A DNA stretch of 64,000 nt from Camelus dromedarius. Its lineage: Eukaryota. The translations under genes and the position numbers were made by a program. Of this stretch, positions 23,701 through 36,000 are shown piece after piece (the stretch's first letter is position 1; each line of letters begins with the position of its first letter). Location of the stretch: contig NC_087437.1 in assembly GCF_036321535.1 (NCBI RefSeq), positions 55,926,001 to 55,990,000 of the forward strand, read 5' to 3'. The notes beneath the pieces are model-generated. The model did not search any database. It saw only the letters and a list, made by a program, of their open reading frames with translations, and was not told the DNA's origin.

Positions 23701-26700
23701 GATTGTTGCAATTTCTTCATCTGTAAAAACAAGATATGGTCAAAAGAATATTGAATTAAGAAAATAAAAGCATTCAGGTAAAACGGTTGGCACAGTCCAA
23801 TAATTGCTTAAAATACACTGTGTTGATGGCCAGCAAACTCCATGAAGGCAAAGGCTCTCTGTTTCCATCCACTTCTCTAATTTGCGCACCAGCACAGCGT
23901 CAGGCAGAAGTAGATGGGCATTTAGTATTTGTGGAATGGCAAAAACAAATCCAGGGGGCATCGAGAGTGCTGGCACATTGTTCTAACTGACCTCGGTGGT
24001 GGTTCCCAGGGCGCACACTTTCTAATCCCTTAATGATACATTTATGTAATTCAGGGATTTTGAAAAGTCAACTCTAACCCCATGTGATACTTTAATTCTT
24101 GTTACAATATTCCTGCCCAGTGGTCCTCACAAAGGCTTTACTATCTCCAGTAAAGCCACATCCACTCCCTCCAGTGTCCCATTCCACGGCCCCTGGGGCT
24201 CCGAAATGACTGGCACGGCCCTTCTAGGCTTGGGCGCTGCTTGCATGGAGCTGTCCAGCAGTGGGCAGGAGGGACGGGCGGAGGGGGGAAGAGGGGCTGC
24301 AGGGCCCTGAGCCAGAGGGTTGGATCGAACAAGCAGGCTCTCCAGACTGAGCATTAGGGGACTTGCTTCTATGTTTAAACTGTTTGATGTCAGTAGAATC
24401 CATTTTTGTTTCTTAAGAAGCATAGAAACCTGACTCATTCCACGACAGAGCTAAGCAAAGCAAAATAAAAGCAGGGAAGAGGCACCAATCATTCTATTGG
24501 ATAAGACAGACTTGCTATAACTAGCCATTTTCTCTCTCTCTCTCTTTTTTAATAGTTCCCTGTGCTGTACAGAAGAAACTTGTTTATCTGTTTTATATAT
24601 AACAGCTAGTATCTGAAAAACTCAAACTCCCAGTTTATCCCTTCCCATCCTCTTCCTCCTAGTAACTATAAATTTGTTTTCTATATCTGTGAGTCTGTTT
24701 CTGTTTTGTAAATAAGTTCATTGTATCTTTTTATTTTTTTTAGATTCCATATATAAGTGATATCATATGGTATTTTTCTTTCTCTTTCTGGCTTATTTCA
24801 CTTAGCATAACGATCTCCAGGTCCATCCATGTTGCTGCAAATGGCATTATTTTATTCTTTCTTATGTCTGAGTAGTATCCATTGTATAAATACACCACAG
24901 CTTCTTTATCCAGCCATCTGTTGATGGACATTTAGGTTGTTTCCATGTCTTGGCTATTGTAAATAGTGCTGCTATGAACATTGGGGTGCATGTACCTTTT
25001 CGAATTAGAGTTCCTTCCAGATATATGCCCAGGAGTGGTGTTGCTGGATCATACGGTAAATCTATTTTTAGTTTTTGAGGAATCTCCATGCTGTTTTCCA
25101 TAATGGCTGCACCAAACTACAATGCCACCAGCAGTGTAGGAGGGTTCCCTTTTCTCCACAGCCTCTCTAGCAGTTATTGTTTGTGGACTTCTTAATGATG
25201 GCCATTCTGACTGGTGTGAGGTGATACCTCATTGTAGTTTTGATTTGCATTCCTCTGATAATTTAACGAATGATTTTCTGAATTGAGTTGATACGTGCCC
25301 CTTAAAAGAAATTTTGGTTTCCTTCACCATAAAATGGGATGGCTAAGTTTCTTTTTTTTTTTTTTTTTTTTTCACTTCCAGCTTCAGAAGGAATATTTGG
25401 AAAACTTCCTTAAGTTCTTGGATACTACCTAACACAGGTCCTCCCAGACTGTGTGACCAACGTGTGGAAGGTTAAAGGTAGGTGGAGGAGCCAGAAAGCC
25501 TGAGACCAAGGTGTGTGTGTGTGTGTGTGTGTGTGTGTTAAAGGGGAGAGCAGAGAAAAGCTGTCAGTTTCTGGTTATTCTTCTATTCATAATAGCTGAG
25601 GAGTGATTTGTCTTTGCTAGAGAGAGTTGCTTTTCTTAAGCAGCTTTATCTAAGTGACTTTCTGATGTGATTCTGGAGTTTCCTAGTTAGTGGTGCCCTC
25701 AGTATCGATCTGGTTTTGTGTTTCTGGAGGAGGAAATTGTTGTGCATTTCCACATAGAAACAGCAAAATAACTAATACTTAGAGCATATGACGTAGGACA
25801 TAAAAGCCTTCCTCTACACATGGCTTTAGGATCTAATCTGGAGTTTCTGAGCAGTTCATTCCCCAGTACTGGTCAGGACTCACTTATCCACACATGGTTG
25901 TTATTGCTTCTGTGGGATTATGGAGTCTTGGCATCAGCATCTTATAACACTAAGGAAAGGGTGTGGGGACCATGTAGCGCTTTCTTTCTGATGGAACTGG
26001 AAGAATGAAAAGTATGTCACACTTGAAGAACTTTAAGGAAGTTTAGGAAAAGAATGGATCAATTGGCTGAAGCAGCTGGGATTGATTACAGGTGCGTGGG
26101 TTCGCAAAGGACCAATCTGATCAGCTGGAGAGCATCACCTCTTAGATACCAGGGGTGCGGAGGAACAAACAAGCTCCACTGACGACACGGCTTCTACAGG
26201 CAAATACATTCTGAAGTTTAAATAGATGATTGTAAACATACTTTTGGAACACAGCTCCCCTGAGTTTAGTTTTTCATGAAGCGAATGGAACTCATTAAAT
26301 TTTATCTTTTTCAAACTGGCACAGAGAACCCAAAATTCCAAAAGGCCCATGTTTCACAAATAAGCTGCTGTTGAAAACAATCCGTATATCTTCCAAGTGT
26401 GATAAAAGAAAATTCCTTTTGCTTTGCCTCTGACTCATGATTAAAATCACAGAAGGCTTTGTGCTGTGCTTGTCCAGAATAAATGTAAATCTTCAGCCAC
26501 TATTGTGTAATTACACAATTTCCAGGTTTTTCCAAAGTAGAGAATTTCGAAGACTTTTCTTCCTTGCATAGCCCAAAGTTGGGGCATTTTCCTGCTCATC
26601 TGTCCCTCCAGAGTCAAAGGAAGGAAAACTGAAAAGGAGAACTATCAATTTCTCTTTGTTATTGGCACCGGTTACCTAAGAATTTTAATTATTTACAAAA

Positions 26701-28082
26701 TGCCCCCAAAGCTCCACCATGTTCATTAATCTGAAGTGGAACTAATTTTGGGGGGAAAAAAATCTCTCAGCTTGGAGCTTTTTCATTAAAACATTGTTTA
26801 GACAAAACAGAAACAGACTCACAGACATAGAAAACAAACTATGGTTCTCGGGGGGACGGGGCAGGGGTGGGGAGCAATAAATTGGGAGTTTGGGATTTGC
26901 AGATACTAACACTATACATAAATTAGATAAAAAAACAAAGTCCTACAGTATAGTACAGGGAACTATATTCAATACCTTGTAAGAGCAGAAGGAAAAAAAT
27001 TTTTTAATTGTTTAAATCAGTTTTTCTTTCACTTTTTGGGGGGATGGTGGTGGTTAGATCCAGTAATTTTTAAAATAGTTACACCTTTCTCTTTTAATTA
27101 TAAAACTCTGAAAGTGGAGTATTGTCTGCTCTCATATCTTGAAAAAGTAGAGTTACAGTTAACATATTCAACAATTAATAAATTACTGATTCATACATAA
27201 TATTGTAGGTTATTACTTAGTTGAGCAGTTCCAAATATGGCCACTAGATGGAGTGGAAGCAAAGAAATCTTTTCAAACACCTGTCTGATTTTCTTCACAA
27301 TTGCGTGAGATACATTTTTGAACCTCAGTCTCAGTGTTAGCAGAGCTCAGAAATAAAGTCCTTTCTGCATAGACGCTTTTCAAAAAAAAATGATAATTTT
27401 GTATTAGGATTTTAAACTCCACATCAGATCATCAATCTTGATTTAATTTCCCAGATCATGAAGTATCAAAATACTCCCATGTTCATATTTAAGCTTTTTA
27501 CAAGAAAGCATGAGGCAGCATGAGCTTTTAAATAGTCAATACGTTAAATTGTGTGAAATTGTTTTCTTAATTATATCAATGTTTCTGGGTAATTTTAACC
27601 AGACTTCCCATAGGTTTCCCCTTTAAATCCAGTAATATATAGTTTTTGATATTGTTTGCTTACACTCCAAAAGTAATGCTATGAATGACACGGAGAAATG
27701 GGTACAGAATATGAAATTATGAGGGAAAGACATAAAACTCAGAAAAAGTTGTGGAAATAGCATATACGATGCAAAATCCTTGAAGTTTATCACTTCCATG
27801 TCTCAGCTATTTCGGTTTTGTATGGAAGAAAGAGATACCTCATAATCTATTTATAATTCAGTTACCTCCTCAATTGGAAAACCTGCTTTTCTACCATGTC
27901 GTACAAACTTTGGCTTAAAGACCAAAAGATTCTTGCTATGTGGTTTATAAGTTCTCAGTAGGCTGGTTTTCCAAAGGCATTAGTTTGCTTAGGAAGATGG
28001 TAGCTGAATTCAACTTTTGGTTTCTACCTGTGAAGGTGTGTTTAGAATCTCATCCAAAATGTGAATCCATAATGCATACGTG

Positions 28083-28117
<35 letters not shown>

Positions 28118-31100
28118 ATCAATTTTCAAGTATAGGTTTTACTTACCATCAGAACCATATATATATATATATATACTTATATATATAATAACTTAGTTAT
28201 TATAATACATATAATAACTTAGTTAACACACATATAATATACATATAATAGCTCAGTTATATAATACACACATATAATAACTTAGTTAACTAAGCGTGTG
28301 AGGGCCAATGCTCACTCTAAGCATGTAGAGAACCAGGCTACTTGAAAGCATTCTATAGAATCATTTGACTTGCCCTAGTCTTGGGTAATTTAAGAATGTT
28401 TCCTTCAGATTACTTGACAATCAGAAGACCTAGGTTCTGGTTCTGAGTCTAACACTCACTCGCTATACGATCATGAGCAAATCCTTAATATCTATTCTTT
28501 AAATTACTCATCTGTAAAATGGACAAGAAGATTTTTACTGATGGTTCCATTTCCAACATTTTATGATGTATGAATTTACTGGGTCCCCTTCCAACTCTTG
28601 AAATCTCGAGCTCAGAAATGTTTGAAATCCAGCAGTCCTTGAAAATCAGCAAAACTGAGACTAGATAAGTTTGCAAGAATAGGCTTGCTCACAGTCACAG
28701 TCTTGGCATCCATCTCCGTGAATATGAATTCTCCTCCTTCGAAGTCGTCATTCATATACAGGAGAGCACTGTGAGAAGAAAGGGAAATCATTTGTACGTG
28801 TATGTGTTTACACGACATGACCACAAAACACTGAGGACTTGGGTGAGCTGACCAGCCTGATCAGTGAGTTTCCTCTGAGACAGACATTCAAGTGATTGAC
28901 CTTCATAATCCTCAAGAGTAAGATCAGACGTTGGGTCATACCCCTGAAGCGTTTGTTTATTCCATTTATGTTAACATTTTAAATATATTTCAAACCTCAT
29001 CTCACATTTCACTTCCTCCAAAGAAAACCTAACTAGATTTAGTCCAGCCCTTTGAACTTGTCCACACTACCTAAAACTCTCTTCTTTCCTTTTATACTAA
29101 TTACTCTAAAGGATCTAGTTTTCCTTAACTAGCTAGAGTGCTCCAAGGGGTGTAGCCTAGCCTTGCAGATAGGGGGCGCTCAATAAATGGTTTTGTATGG
29201 AGCACAGTGTAGTCCTAAATGAACACATTATTACAACATGGGGACTACAACTTCTGACTTTTTTCTTTACACACTAAAATATCGTTCCATAAGAGAAAAT
29301 GTTTCTTTTCTCCTGAGTTTCCAGTTTCTTATTATAAAATACAGACATAGGTAAGCGATGAGATGAGATCCCCATGCATGTCGAGATACACACCCTGTGT
29401 TCTCAGATTAAGATACACAAACCACAAAGGATATGTTTAATTGAAATCCAAGTGATCAAAAAAAGACATAAACTTTACTTTTTATAGTAAAACAAAATGG
29501 ACACTTTCTGTGATGGAATGCAACAAAACACACAGGGATTTTTAAGATAAGAATACTTAAAAATAAGTATAATAAAGAAAAGACGACAGAGTCAGTTCTC
29601 AGTTACGGCAGCAGCTTCAGAAGATTATTAGAGCATCTCCACTTCATCGAGATGATTGTGATGACAAGCAAAACAGGTCGGCTTTCTAGTCGCCACGGGT
29701 TTTGATAATTGTTGTGCAAAAGCTTGGTTTTGAATCGGGTGCCGGCTGTACCTATAGTCCCGGAACGTGTAAGCAGGAGGCTCCTTCCAGCACTCATTGG
29801 CCTCTGGATCCAAAAGGCAGTTGTCAGCGTGGATGGGATGACTGAGGTCGTTTCTTCTATCCTGTTGACCTGCCAGAAAAGAGAACAGGGGAGAATAAGA
29901 GATCAAGGGCGGTACCCACTGAGAGCAAAGCTGACAGTCTGCTGTCTACTCCCAATGCTGGTGCCCCGGCCCCACTTCAGGAACCAGAAGGCAGAGTGGG
30001 TTAAAGAACACTGGGCAAGCCGTCAAGAGACTCTGGTCCTGCTTGGATATGAACTCGATGTAAAAAACTATAGGCAAGTCCCACCTGCCTCTCTGAGCTA
30101 TAAAAGTTCTCTGATGTAAATATACATACAGAAACTCTGTGCATCTCATGGATTGTGCTTTGTATGGGCAGCAAAAGGAGGAGGATAAAATGCAAATGTC
30201 AAAAAAAAAAAAAAGGATTTGATTGAGCTGAAAGTTCACAAGTGGAAATTCTACGCCTGGGACATTCTCTCTCCCTCCTACTCAAGAGGGTGTAGACGAG
30301 AAGATGAAGAGAGGAAATAATGACAGCAGGGGATGAGGAGGGTCTTTGCCCTTTTAAGAACATTTCTTTCAACAATTCTTCCAAGTTTCCTGTCAGTGCT
30401 TGTGGACATAATGGGGACTGTCATTTCCAGGTTCCTGGACCCCAAAATACAAAATCTGGAGCAGAAAAGCATTTTTCTGCATGATTTAAGCAAGCAGGAG
30501 AAGTGGATTTCAAAAGGAACACAGGCAGCGTGACGGTCTTCTAATTCATCAGGCGCCGACAAGTAGAAAAGGGGAAAAGAGGGAAATCAGAGCTAGGAAG
30601 CTTTTGTTTTAGACACATAGAACTCTTCTGTTTTTTTTTTGTTGTTGTTGTTTTTGTTTTGTTTTTTTTTTTTTAGTGGAGGTACTGGGGATTAAACACA
30701 GGACCTCGTGCATGCTAAGCATGCACTCTGCTACTGAGCTATGCCCCCACCCCCCTAGAAATATAGAACTCTTCTAAACCCTTAGCCTGAAATGTTAAGA
30801 GAGCTTTGTTCTGCATTGTTTTCTTTCTCATCTCACTGTGGGTAGAAAGGAACTCTGGAATCTCACCAGACAGGGCTGTTCGGCAGACCATGTGTGTGTA
30901 GGAAAAATACAGGGTTGAGTTCAGCATGAAATAGGATTCTACAATCTTCCGTGCCTTCTCGCTGATGTCATAGAACAGACGGGCACTCTTCAGGGGGACT
31001 CGACCTTCATAGCCGAACTGCAGACAAGGAAGAACATTAGAAACCACCGGGCTGATCAGAAGCCTGGAGGAAAACAGACGCTAAGTTGTATTAAGCCAAT

Positions 31101-33002
31101 ACAGGATGCTCACCTCTTTACCAGCTAGTGAGAATACTACTATGTACCTGGGGATGTTGGAAATGGAAAACGAGCCACTGAAATAAGTCTAATCCCAGAG
31201 GGAAGGTTAGGAGCTCACCACCCCCTCTTCAGTTCTGTCGGGACACTTTCCTTCCTCCTCTGCAACAACACTTCTTGCAGAATAATTACTCCTTTGAATT
31301 TGTTCGCACCATTAGACCTTGAGTTCTTTGAGAACGCGGTGAGGGGCTGTATATTATTTATCAGATACAAATTTAGAAAATATAAAGTTTGATAATTTGG
31401 TGACTGAATGAAGGAAAAAAGGAATGATCAAAAACAACGAAGGTGCCATTTCATACTCGCTCCCTTCAGGGACCTGATAGGCCTCTATCCTAAACTCGTC
31501 TCCATATCTGCTCTTCACAGAAGGTCCTGGATGGACACTTAGGAATTCAAATCCAAGAGAAGTAAAGACTTTACTTTGAGTGCTTTCAGGACAGTTGCAC
31601 CTTCAAACTTTTCGTTGGGTGTATGGGGTGAAGTTTTTCCTCTGTATCCATCACCAACAAGCATGATGTTCTGGAAGCAAAATAAGGAGATGCCTCATTA
31701 ATGACAACTGCTTATGAATTCATCAGGTCTCCCTTTCTGCCTCAACTGCCAGAAAGCTGAGCACCAAAGTGAAGGCTCAGAACCACCCCCGTTTTATCCC
31801 AGCACCCCGGGATCGCTCATCCTTTCAATCCAAAGAGGGGTCTTTATTTAACTTCCACCTTACATTTTCATTAGAAAATGCCACCACCACTTTTTTGTAG
31901 AAATAGGCAGAATAGAAATAATGAATAGGCTGGTTAATTATTGATCAAAATAAAAGAGATTTTCCCAGCAACTTTGTATGATAGGCAGGGCACGTGCTGG
32001 ATACTGTTGTCCTAGGAATTAAGCCACTAGCTCTTCCAGACCCAATAGCAATGTCCTGATCTGGACAGAACTACAATCATCCCAACCCAAAGGCGATGAA
32101 GGTGCCTCCAGCAATCAGTGCCCTTCTCCTGAAGAAAGTGATCTGAAGCCCGGTTCCCTGGTTCCAAGTAAGCCCAGGACCAAAGCACTCGCAGGCTCAG
32201 GCCAGGCCAGCACGGTGGGGCTCCCGGGTCCTCACACTGGCCACGCTGTGCAGCTCCCGGCACTGTTCTTCCGACAGCACGTTATCCAGGAGGACGCGCT
32301 GAGTCCCGTTGAGCTGCTCCGAGTTGTAGACAAATGTGATGTTCTCGTAGAGCAGGGGGCCACCTGAAGGGACAGAGCACGTTGTCTTCCCTGTTACCTC
32401 TGTCCCCGAGGTGGGAGGCACAGAACGCCCGACAGCTTTGTTTGTGCAGTTCAGGAGGCTCAGTCTCCTTGTGAATATTTACTTATGCGAAGACAAATCA
32501 CAAATTTGGGAGCTTGAGAAACACAATACGGATTCAAGAAAAAGGCAGGTGTCTGGCTACCTGGTTCCCCATCATGTCAAGATAATAGATCACATTTGTA
32601 TTGTGTTTTGAGAGTGAGAAACTATTTTCTCATTTGATTCCAGTGAAGATCCTGCAAAGCAGACTGGGCACCTCATAAGGTTCTCCTCCATGAAGACATT
32701 CCACAATTTTCTCAGCAGCTGGGCTCCCCCCTTCTCCACAGCCCTCGGTTCCTACCTCTGGTACAACATCTCATGCAATTACTTGCTTACCTGTTTGCAT
32801 CCCCAGACACAATGGACACACTTGAGTTTCACTGGTATCTGGAGCAGTATCTGCTCCCTCGGTGATCCCGGGAGTAAATGCACATCAAGACAGTCACATC
32901 CATGTCACCTGATTCCTTCCTAGAATTCTTTCCATGACCTACTGACTCCAGATGGTCTCGATTTTGGCATATTTATTCTTTTCTGCATTATGGGCAAATC
33001 TT

Positions 33003-33045
<43 letters not shown>

Positions 33046-36000
33046 TGACAGGAGAGTTTCCTGTATGCACCTGATCTCTCGCTGGACAGAGCCCACAACT
33101 CTATGAAATTAGCCCCGTATTCCTCAGAGGGTGGTGCTTTGGGGCTCTGTTTTAGGTGGTGAAATTACATAATCTAGACCTCCACACAGAGACCAGAGCT
33201 GAGGGACAAACCCTCTGATGGTGAGGAAATCTTCAGATGTAACAGAGTGCAACCACCTTGAATCAGAAAACTAAATAGAAAAGAAAAACACTGCTTTTCT
33301 TCTCTTTAAAATACTCCTAAGGGGCCTGACAGGCACCTGTCAACAACAGCAGCTCACCATGGAGGGCATGGGGTGCGGGGAGGGCACAGATCTTCCCAGC
33401 CTCCCCAAGTCGAGCCATGGTCACCAGCACACTGGTCTAAAACATGTCGTTGATGGAGAAAGAGACAATTGGAACTGATGTCTACTCTTTAGCTTTAAAA
33501 AGGATTAGTCCAACTAGGGACCAGCACTAAGTATTCTCAGCCTAATTGGGATGAAACAGTCACTACTGCCCATGATCAATGGAATATTAAGATAATGTGA
33601 CAATGTGTCTCATCTGGGGTAACACATGGTTAGCTGTTAAAACATAAATTCCTCCAAGAAGCTCCAGGGCTGACAAATCATTTGATCTGCAATTTCCCTT
33701 CCACATTTGCAGTCACAAAACTATAAGTACAGTATTTATTTTTATAGCTTCATACAACCACAATAGCCAAGCCAATCTATAAGATTAAATAAAAGCAAGA
33801 GCATAAAACCAACTAAATTCAAATTAACAATATGAATACAATGGTTAACGTTATGCTGTGGAAACTGAAAAGCAACATTCCACATGAATATTCTACTCAG
33901 CGATCCGGCCCTCGGCCTTCCGAGCCAGCATTCCTTAGAGCGCTCGTGGGGTGTGATGACTCAGTCTTTCACAGCTCTTCGCTCTTGAAGCTGCTGTGAA
34001 GTCCTAGTGTACCATGATGAATTCTGGCCCTCATCTGGTCCTAACACACTATTCATAAGTTTGTCCTACTTCATTTGTCATTCGTCTTTGTCCATTGAAG
34101 CATTATTAACCAATGCCAACGTGACGGTCACTGCATCCCTTCCCACGGAGGTATGCCACCTCATGGCAGTACTTGGCTATCAGTTGGTTATTCAGAGGAC
34201 CCACAGTTGCCTCTCTTAATTTTTTAAATTGCCATCAAAATTTGTAAATATAAAATGTCCTGGATTCCAGGAATATATCCACGAGCTCTCAGTTTTAATA
34301 CTGATCTTTTGGATGAATAGAAAAATAAATGTATATATATATATATTTTTCCCTACAATTCAATGTTCCTCAAACTTTGCTCTACAGAAAAGTTTTTGAT
34401 GAAGAAAAGAGTTTCTTGATCAAATGTGTTTGGGAAGTACTAGGTCAAAAAATTTAAGAGGACTTCTTGGAAATTTAATACATGAACAGGCATTATGAAT
34501 ACCCTCAGTATTGGTTTAATAGGTAACAGTTCTCCCCCTTAGTTGAGCACAGTATCCACGCTCCTTCCGTTCCTCCTTCCTTGCTTCCTTCCCCCCTTCT
34601 TCATTCCCATGGCAGAGAGAGACTCCAGGACAGCCCCTAAAGATCACCGCCTCGTGGCACTCATAGCTTTGTGTACTTTGCTTCCCTTAAGTGTGGGTGG
34701 GGCCTGGAGCTTGCTTCTAACCAATAGGCTATGGCACAGGTGATGGGCTATCACTTCTTGGAGTGCATCACAGAAAATTGCAACTCCTATCTTCCCGACC
34801 AGTTCAATCTGTTGCCTTCTCTGCTTGCAGTCTGGTGAAGCAAGAGGACGTATTGAACAGGTTCACATGGCAAGGAACTGAAGGCATCCGCCAGCCAACA
34901 ACCAACCAGAAACTAAGGCTCCTAGTCCAACAGCCTTGAGGAACCCAATTCAGTCATCGGAGCATAGAAGAAGACAGTTCCTCAGCCCTGAGACAGACCC
35001 TGAAGCACTGAACCCAGCTAAGCTGCCGCCAGACTCTTGACCCACAGAAACTGTGAGATAGTAAATGTGTGTTACTGTAAGCTGCCTTCATGCTATTTTT
35101 TTTTTCACAGCACAGAACGAAACTTTTAACACAAAACACAGTTTGTTTGGGAAAGGTTGCTCTCGTCTATATAGTTCAGACTCAGAGACAAATTGAGGCA
35201 GTTCCTCAAATATTCAAAAGCAAACTACACATTCCATTTCCATTTAGAAACATAAAGAGCGATGCTCCTTCAGCAAGAAAGACAAGATACTTGCAGGTTC
35301 ACTGAAAAGCATTTTCTAGTATAAAATTCAAACAGAAATGGAAGACAGACCAAGGGCTTCATGATCTAGATCGGTTTGTACTTGGCCATTTTTCCCCTTT
35401 TCTATATTGAGAGTATATTACTAATTTAAATATATTTAGCTTATGTTCAAGACATGACTTTAAAAGACACTTAAAACTAAAACATTCAGAAAAATGCCAA
35501 CCATGCTTAAGCTCTGTAGATGTACTTGCTATTATTATGATTACTATTGAATTGGTAAACTATGCCTGGCATCTTGTGTTAAGTTCTGACTGAGACATCT
35601 GAATAAGCATTTGGCATAGTGGAGTATATTTAAAAGAGGGCTACTGGGATGTTGACAATTTCCTCAGTCACGCCCTAAGTAACTTCCAAAGATCAGGTGA
35701 AGTGGAGGAGGACGTAGCGCAGTGGTAGAGTGCTTGCATAGCATGCACAAGGTCCTGGGTTCAATCCCCAATACCTCCATTAAAAATAAATAAACCCAAT
35801 TACCTCCCCTCTGAAAATTAAAAAAAAAAAAGGAAAAAAATAATTAAAAAAAAAGAAAGATCAGGTGAAGGAACAGAGCTTAACAGAGTCTAAAAAAAGC
35901 CTCAGTAGGTTCAGGCAGAATCTGTACTAGAACTCTGCCTTCCATGTAACTAGCACGACCACCACTAAGCATACAGTTTTATACAAAGGTTTCCCACATA

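Noticed and set aside
14271..24441. Identical TGACTCATTCC at 14271 and 24431, and roughly ten AP-1 heptamers overall
   Set aside because: Repeated 11-mers and about 8 AP-1 sites are expected by chance in 64 kb.
24740..25101. ORFs resembling L1 ORF2 (also 19495-19683 and 53375-53575)
   Set aside because: Broken C-terminal remnants of truncated L1 copies, not functional genes.
28185..28294. Direct repeats with variable spacers as a CRISPR-like array
   Set aside because: Spacers are low-complexity AT/CA slippage products, there are no cas genes, and the context is a mammalian intron.
29163..29190. CTCF-like AGGGGGCGCT
   Set aside because: The 5' half (CAGAT) mismatches CCASY, and the context looks like a decayed L2 end (GCGCTCAATAAAT).
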